From positions 9,926 to 73,925 of the forward strand of contig JAJTGZ010000006.1 of the NCBI GenBank assembly GCA_021299385.1: a stretch of 64,000 bases of DNA, read 5' to 3'. Below, piece by piece: positions 60,501-64,000 of this stretch. The translations under genes were made by a program, and so were the position numbers. Each line of letters starts with the position of its first letter. Position 1 is the first letter of the stretch. The DNA is from Phycisphaeraceae bacterium (GTDB taxonomy: Bacteria > Planctomycetota > Phycisphaerae > Phycisphaerales > UBA1924). The notes under the pieces are model-generated. The model saw only the letters and a program-made list of their open reading frames with translations, ran no database searches and was not told the DNA's origin.

Positions 60501-61650
60501 GCGCGTCGTCGCACTCGCTCTTGGCCTGGGCCAGCAGTGTTTGTTTTTCCTGCTCACTGGCGCCATCGGGCAGCACGAACGGCACAACCTCGATCCCCTG
60601 GCAGTACGCCGAGTACCACCTGCTCAGGTCGCCGCCGAACGCGGGGTCGTCGTGGCGCGGCAGTTCACCCTTGCTACGCCTGATCCGCACCATCGGCGCG
60701 TTGTTGGCCCCGATGGGCAGCACCACGTTGCACCGCTCGGCGATCTTCTGCGTGTTCGCCAAGGCCTCCGCGCCCGGTTTGCCATAGGGCTTGAAGATCG
60801 CCGACATCTCTGCCGGGGACTTGACGTAGAGGTTGCCGTCGTACCGCATCCGGTCGGGGTCGTTCTTCGCCTTCCCCGTCGAGATGCAGATCAATGTGTC
60901 GTGCGCGTCGTGGTCCTGGGCGCGCAAGAAATGGCTGTCGTTGTCGCAGACCACCGGCAGCCCGAGCTCATCGGCCAGCGCGATCAGGTGTTTGTTGATG
61001 CTTATCTGCTCGCGCACATGGTGCTGCAGCTCAATGAACATCCTTGGCCCGGTCCCCACGTCGGCAAAGACGCCCGCGTGCCACGTTGCGCTCTCGACGG
61101 CCCGGTCCCAATACGTCTTGTCCCCCGTCCGCTCAAACTCGAGCAGGTGTTCGCCGATCTCGCTGCCCAGGTGCCCGTTGATGGCGATCAACCCGCTGCT
61201 GTGCTGGGCCAAGAGTTTGCGGTCGATGCGGGGCTTGAAGTAGAAGCCTGTCAAGTAGGCCTGCGTGCACAGCTTGAGCAGGTTCTGCCAGCCGGTGTTG
61301 TTCTCGGCCAGCAGCACCAGGTGGTACCCGCCGTCGCCCACGCCGGTGTAGGTCCTGTCTGTGCGGTCGCCCGGCGCGACGTATGCCTCGACGCCAAGGA
61401 TCGGCTTGATCCCGCGCTCCTTGGCGGCCAGATAAAACGCCACCGCGCCGAACATGTTCCCGTGGTCGGTGCACGCCACGGCCCGCATCCCCAACTCGGC
61501 GACGCGGTCCATCAGTTTGTCGATCCGGTTGCCGCCGTCGAGGAGGGAATACTCCGTGTGCAGGTGCAGGTGCGTGAACGCACCGGCCGCGGGGTCGGTA
61601 TTTGAGGCCGAGGGAGACTTCGGGGTCGGGATAGGTTCTTGTGCAGACAT
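57589..61650 (-). CDS. dnaE: DNA polymerase III alpha subunit
   Basis: FTHLHLHTEYSLLDG, RGSGVG, PDIDIDL, GLLKMDFLGL, YGFNKSHS, EKETLGFYVSSHPL; several in-frame inserts. Confidence 0.97.
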   Translation of the reverse strand: MSAQEPIPTPKSPSASNTDPAAGAFTHLHLHTEYSLLDGGNRIDKLMDRVAELGMRAVACTDHGNMFGAVAFYLAAKERGIKPILGVEAYVAPGDRTDRTYTGVGDGGYHLVLLAENNTGWQNLLKLCTQAYLTGFYFKPRIDRKLLAQHSSGLIAINGHLGSEIGEHLLEFERTGDKTYWDRAVESATWHAGVFADVGTGPRMFIELQHHVREQISINKHLIALADELGLPVVCDNDSHFLRAQDHDAHDTLICISTGKAKNDPDRMRYDGNLYVKSPAEMSAIFKPYGKPGAEALANTQKIAERCNVVLPIGANNAPMVRIRRSKGELPRHDDPAFGGDLSRWYSAYCQGIEVVPFVLPDGASEQEKQTLLAQAKSECDDALRLLAEGGYVWRYGPSGSGTTGTPTLRVGEQESHHAERGGTQRARLERELKILCDKGIAAYFLIVWDFVNWGRTRGIPANARGSGVGTMVGYVLGLSNACPVQYGLLFERFTDPDRSEFPDIDIDLCQNGRAEVIKYVADKYGHVAQIITFGTLKAKAAIRDVGRVMEMPLAEVDKIAKLVPEQVGITLDKALEQEPDLRAIYDRDPMVQRIIDNARAIEGQARHASVHAAGVIVATRPLDEIVPLYRPSGTQETVTQWDGPTCEQMGLLKMDFLGLRTLSVVERCKKLINEGLAEEQVWEAVGRTQGDGGPHPLDLDRLEPTDQAVLEIFRRGDTTGVFQFESPGMRRLLVEMKPDRLEDLIAANALFRPGPMDLIPDYNKRKHGEVEVPHVHAVVDQYTSETYGVMVYQEQVMQIVHGLGGIKLRDAYTLIKNISKKKHDKIEKERPKFVAGAQSQGLSKQGAEDLFELILKFAGYGFNKSHSTGYAIVAYQTAYLKTYFPQQYMAAFLTFESAASQVSDWVPYLEDCKNTRVIDPATGKTLKVGVEVKPPDINLSQADFAVVFADGEARKAGNGHIRFGLGAIKGVGDKAIESILRERTGGASPHPSALTPRPFTSLHDFCERVPVGGGGGSAAGNVNKATIEALIKSGSFDCLHGRAARSAMLATVEGAVASGLSAARDRASGQGGLFGMGGEMGGGMGGGPVQAPAVKAASTPLARATPWTETETLQHEKETLGFYVSSHPLDEHATLVQGLGNTTSRRLREKMHPQDQRVAIGALIAGVRVLVVKSGKSAGQKMGVLTIEDKDGTVECVCFSDCFAKYSETARVDKIVFIVGKVDMSRGESQLIAEQIVPIEAAAELLAARVRVVIDERRHNGSAQAKLDGLVAHLAQARPGGEPKPAELLVRTAGAEITLDLPRTRITPTAEFLAWAGRELGPGAVEFEAKKPEMVKREPKPWERKRVAAGSD
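58654..58686. repeat. 7-bp-period repeat in frame within dnaE
   Basis: gggccga ggggtga gggccga ggggtga gggga; encodes SPHPSALTPRP. Confidence 0.65.
60378..60439. repeat. Inverted REP doublet (same family as leuS REPs) in frame within dnaE
   Basis: GGGTACCACCACGCTCCGCGTGGTGG 60378-60403 and CCCCACGCGGAGCGTGGGGGTACCC 60415-60439; encodes GTPTLRVGEQESHHAERGGT. Confidence 0.92.
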
Positions 61651-61792
61651 AGAGCGACTCCGGCAAGCAACTGAGGCCACAATCGTACCGACCCCTTCTG
61701 GCCCGAGATCGGCGAGCACGGCACGCTGTCTACTGTTGTCAGTCGTCGTGAGTTCCCGCCCGCGCGGGCATCGGCAAGGGATGTATGCAGAC

Positions 61793-62497
61793 ATGGCAAA
61801 GCGCGTGCAAGGACGAGTCCAGGCCAACAGCCACACACACCCCGTCGGCACGCCCAAAAAAATCGTCGTCGGCATCTCCGGCGCGTCAGGCGCTCAGTAC
61901 GCCACGCGCGTTATCGAAGAACTCCTCAAACGCGGGCACCATGTCCATCTGGTCGTAACCGAATACGGCCGGCAACTCCTGCACGACGAACTCGGCATCA
62001 CCAAACTCACCCTCGACCAACTCGTGCCGAGCCTCGCCAGCCAAGCCAAGCAGATCGAGAATATCCGCCTCTATGTCCACCCGCACAAAGACGTCGGCGC
62101 GGTGATCGCCAGCGGGTCGTTTTTGCACGACGGGATGGTCGTCGTCCCCTGCTCGAGCACCGCGCTGGGCTATATCGCCACCGGCTCGGGGAGCAACCTC
62201 CTCGGCCGCGCCGCGATGGTTACGCTCAAAGAACGCCGACGCCTCATCCTCGTCCACCGCGAAAGCCCGCTGAGCCTCATCGACATCAAAAACATGGAGC
62301 AGGTAACACTGGCCGGGGGGATCATCGCCCCGGCCAACCCGGGGTTCTACTTGCTGCCCAAGTCCATCGACGAGGTCATCGACTTCACCGTCGGCAAAGT
62401 TCTGGACCTGCTTGAGATCGAGCACGACCTCAAAACGCGCTGGGCCAGCCGGCGAAGTGAGATCCGCCGGGGGAGGGCGGGGAGTAGCGACGAGTGA
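61793..62497 (+). CDS. ubiX: Flavin prenyltransferase
   Basis: IVVGISGASG, IASGSF...MVVVPCS, RAA.VTLKERR.L..V.RE.P, PANPGFY..P. Confidence 0.93.
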   Translation: MAKRVQGRVQANSHTHPVGTPKKIVVGISGASGAQYATRVIEELLKRGHHVHLVVTEYGRQLLHDELGITKLTLDQLVPSLASQAKQIENIRLYVHPHKDVGAVIASGSFLHDGMVVVPCSSTALGYIATGSGSNLLGRAAMVTLKERRRLILVHRESPLSLIDIKNMEQVTLAGGIIAPANPGFYLLPKSIDEVIDFTVGKVLDLLEIEHDLKTRWASRRSEIRRGRAGSSDE

Positions 62498-62518
62498 ACA
62501 GCGACAATTGATGGAAAC

Positions 62519-62553
62519 GAACCCCTCCCCCGAGGGGAGGGGCAGGGGTGGGG
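62519..62553. repeat. 35-bp dispersed palindromic repeat, copy 4 (inverted)
   Basis: Reverse complement of 5487-5521. Confidence 0.9.
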
Positions 62554-63253
62554 TTGATCCAACCCGAGACTACAGCATGTCCTGCAGACCCCCACCCAAC
62601 GCACGGTACAGGCGCTTCCGCGCGTGCCGTGCTCTCTCTCCTCAAGTTCCGCCGACCTGCTTTCGCAGGGCCGGGGCTGCTTCCACGCGTGCATGTGTGC
62701 AACGCGTGGCCTCTCTGCTCAGACCCGCTTGGTTGTCGTTCGCATCAACGTTCCCAAACCTCTACCAGAGAAGCACCTTGGCGTTGACCCCTTTCGGGGA
62801 CGGGCAATCTGAGTCGATCTTGGGCCTCACGCCAGACGCACATAGCACCGGCAGAGGCAGAAGATCGAGACAGACAAACCAGACAGTCGCCGTGAAGCAA
62901 CCAACAACCCGACAGAAGAGGGCAAAACAACGAAAAAAACCAGGCCACTCGGGCAGCAAGGTTCTTCCCAAACCAACGTGAACTTGTCAAATCTCCCGGC
63001 TTGGCACAAAACTCTGCTCCACTCGACGACCGACCAAGCCTCTCTCCTCCGGAAAAAATCAGGGGGGGAAGGAGTTGTCGCGTCGTGATGTTCCTGCTCT
63101 CCTCCGGCGGAACTTGGCCGGTCGCCGAGTGCAGCAGAGTCCTTGTGCCCTCTCTCTTTGCTATCTCTTCTCTTCTGTTTTCTACTGTTCTCTTCTCTAC
63201 TCTGTGATACACACATCAATCCGCGTGCCAGGCCAAGGCACCGAATCCTTCCC

Positions 63254-63703
63254 TCACGCCAGCCTACGAGCACCACGCACCACAGGTTCTACTTCAGCAC
63301 CAACGCCCACGGCAAGCCCGGCCGAGCCGGCCGATTTAAGCAGCTGCTCGGCCACCTGCTCGATCATCTCCATCTCGCTGGATGCGTGCATGTACGCGCA
63401 CACACCCGCCTGCCGGGCCAAGGACTCACGCACGGGCGTGGGCCACGCGTCCATCCCCACGCACCGCACCGGGTTCCAGTGCTTGCTGAGCCTGTGGATC
63501 AACCCCAGGGCGTGCTCGCACGGGCAATCCATCTCAACGAGCAGCACACGCACGCCAGACGTGAGCGCATCGCGTACGAACCGGGGATCAAGTTGGTCCA
63601 GCACAGGCCACCCATGGCGGATAGCCGCACGCGCAGCACCCACGCACAAGCGTGGACCTGCCCGCGCAACCGCCACCGGCGTGCGCACTACGGCACAAAC
63701 CAT
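63254..63703 (-). CDS. Hypothetical protein, possible degenerate receiver domain
   Basis: GGAGG upstream; VRVLLVEM...ALGLIHRL...E.LARQAGVCAYM resembles a REC fold with E in place of the phospho-Asp and no conserved Lys. Confidence 0.45.
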   Translation of the reverse strand: MVCAVVRTPVAVARAGPRLCVGAARAAIRHGWPVLDQLDPRFVRDALTSGVRVLLVEMDCPCEHALGLIHRLSKHWNPVRCVGMDAWPTPVRESLARQAGVCAYMHASSEMEMIEQVAEQLLKSAGSAGLAVGVGAEVEPVVRGARRLA

Positions 63704-64000
63704 TTCACTTCTCTCTCTCCTCCAGCAGGGCGCTGGAAATCTCTCTGATTACACAGGAGCGAAGGGCGTGCCAACCCTGGTTCCGAGAATATCAATACCC
63801 ACAAACTCGTAAGAAATTCTTCACGCTCACGCTGTACCACTATGACAGGCTGTACCAAAGCGGCTGTCGCACAACGGCACTACAGCACAACGGCAGAGCC
63901 GCGCAGCGGGCACACCAGCGCGACGACTACTTCAGACCCCTCTCCTAGCGAGAGCGTCGAAGTGATGAGCGATCAGCCCTGAGAGCACAAAGGTGTGCGA

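Noticed and set aside
57589..61650. Intein in dnaE
   Set aside because: The extra length comes from short loop inserts; no splicing motifs were seen.
62750..62830. c-di-GMP-I riboswitch on the minus strand
   Set aside because: Only the GAAA tetraloop and an ACGCCAAG-like string match; the GGCAAA element and a clear downstream gene are missing.
63932..64000. 3' end of a minus-strand gene (SHTFVLSGLIAHHFDALARRGV*)
   Set aside because: Too short to identify or support.

Overview
High-GC bacterial chromosomal window. The GC-type dockerin proteins, futalosine genes, McsA/McsB and FtsK suggest Planctomycetota, probably Phycisphaerae (inference). It is mostly housekeeping: pmm, oppA-like, sdaA, gmk, mqnA, aat, icd, MCP, dhs-like, fmt/def, leuS, serS, rpe, pckA, elbB, ugd, mqnB, plsC, ftsK, trxA, mcsAB, feoAB, lpdA, hpf-ptsN-ptsH, fcl, dnaE, ubiX. 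Main finding: leuS carries an in-frame insert of about 260 codons at the start of its CP1 editing domain. The insert is a REP-associated HUH/Y1 tyrosine transposase (RAYT) domain flanked by four GTAC-footed REP hairpins and has no intein motifs. An inverted pair of the same REP lies in frame inside dnaE about 41 kb away, and the copies show compensatory stem changes. This suggests a RAYT/REP element that lives inside essential proteins. Other findings: a toxin-antitoxin-chaperone operon (MqsR-like, MqsA-like, SecB-like) behind a promoter covered by a perfect 32-bp palindrome; a UPF0175/PIN pair; three secreted beta-propeller GC-dockerin proteins around an uncharacterised regulator-like gene; an MCP-PilZ fusion; several other palindromic repeat families; and many apparent leaderless starts. 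No rRNA, tRNA or CRISPR was seen. All assignments come from motif recognition by eye; no searches were run.
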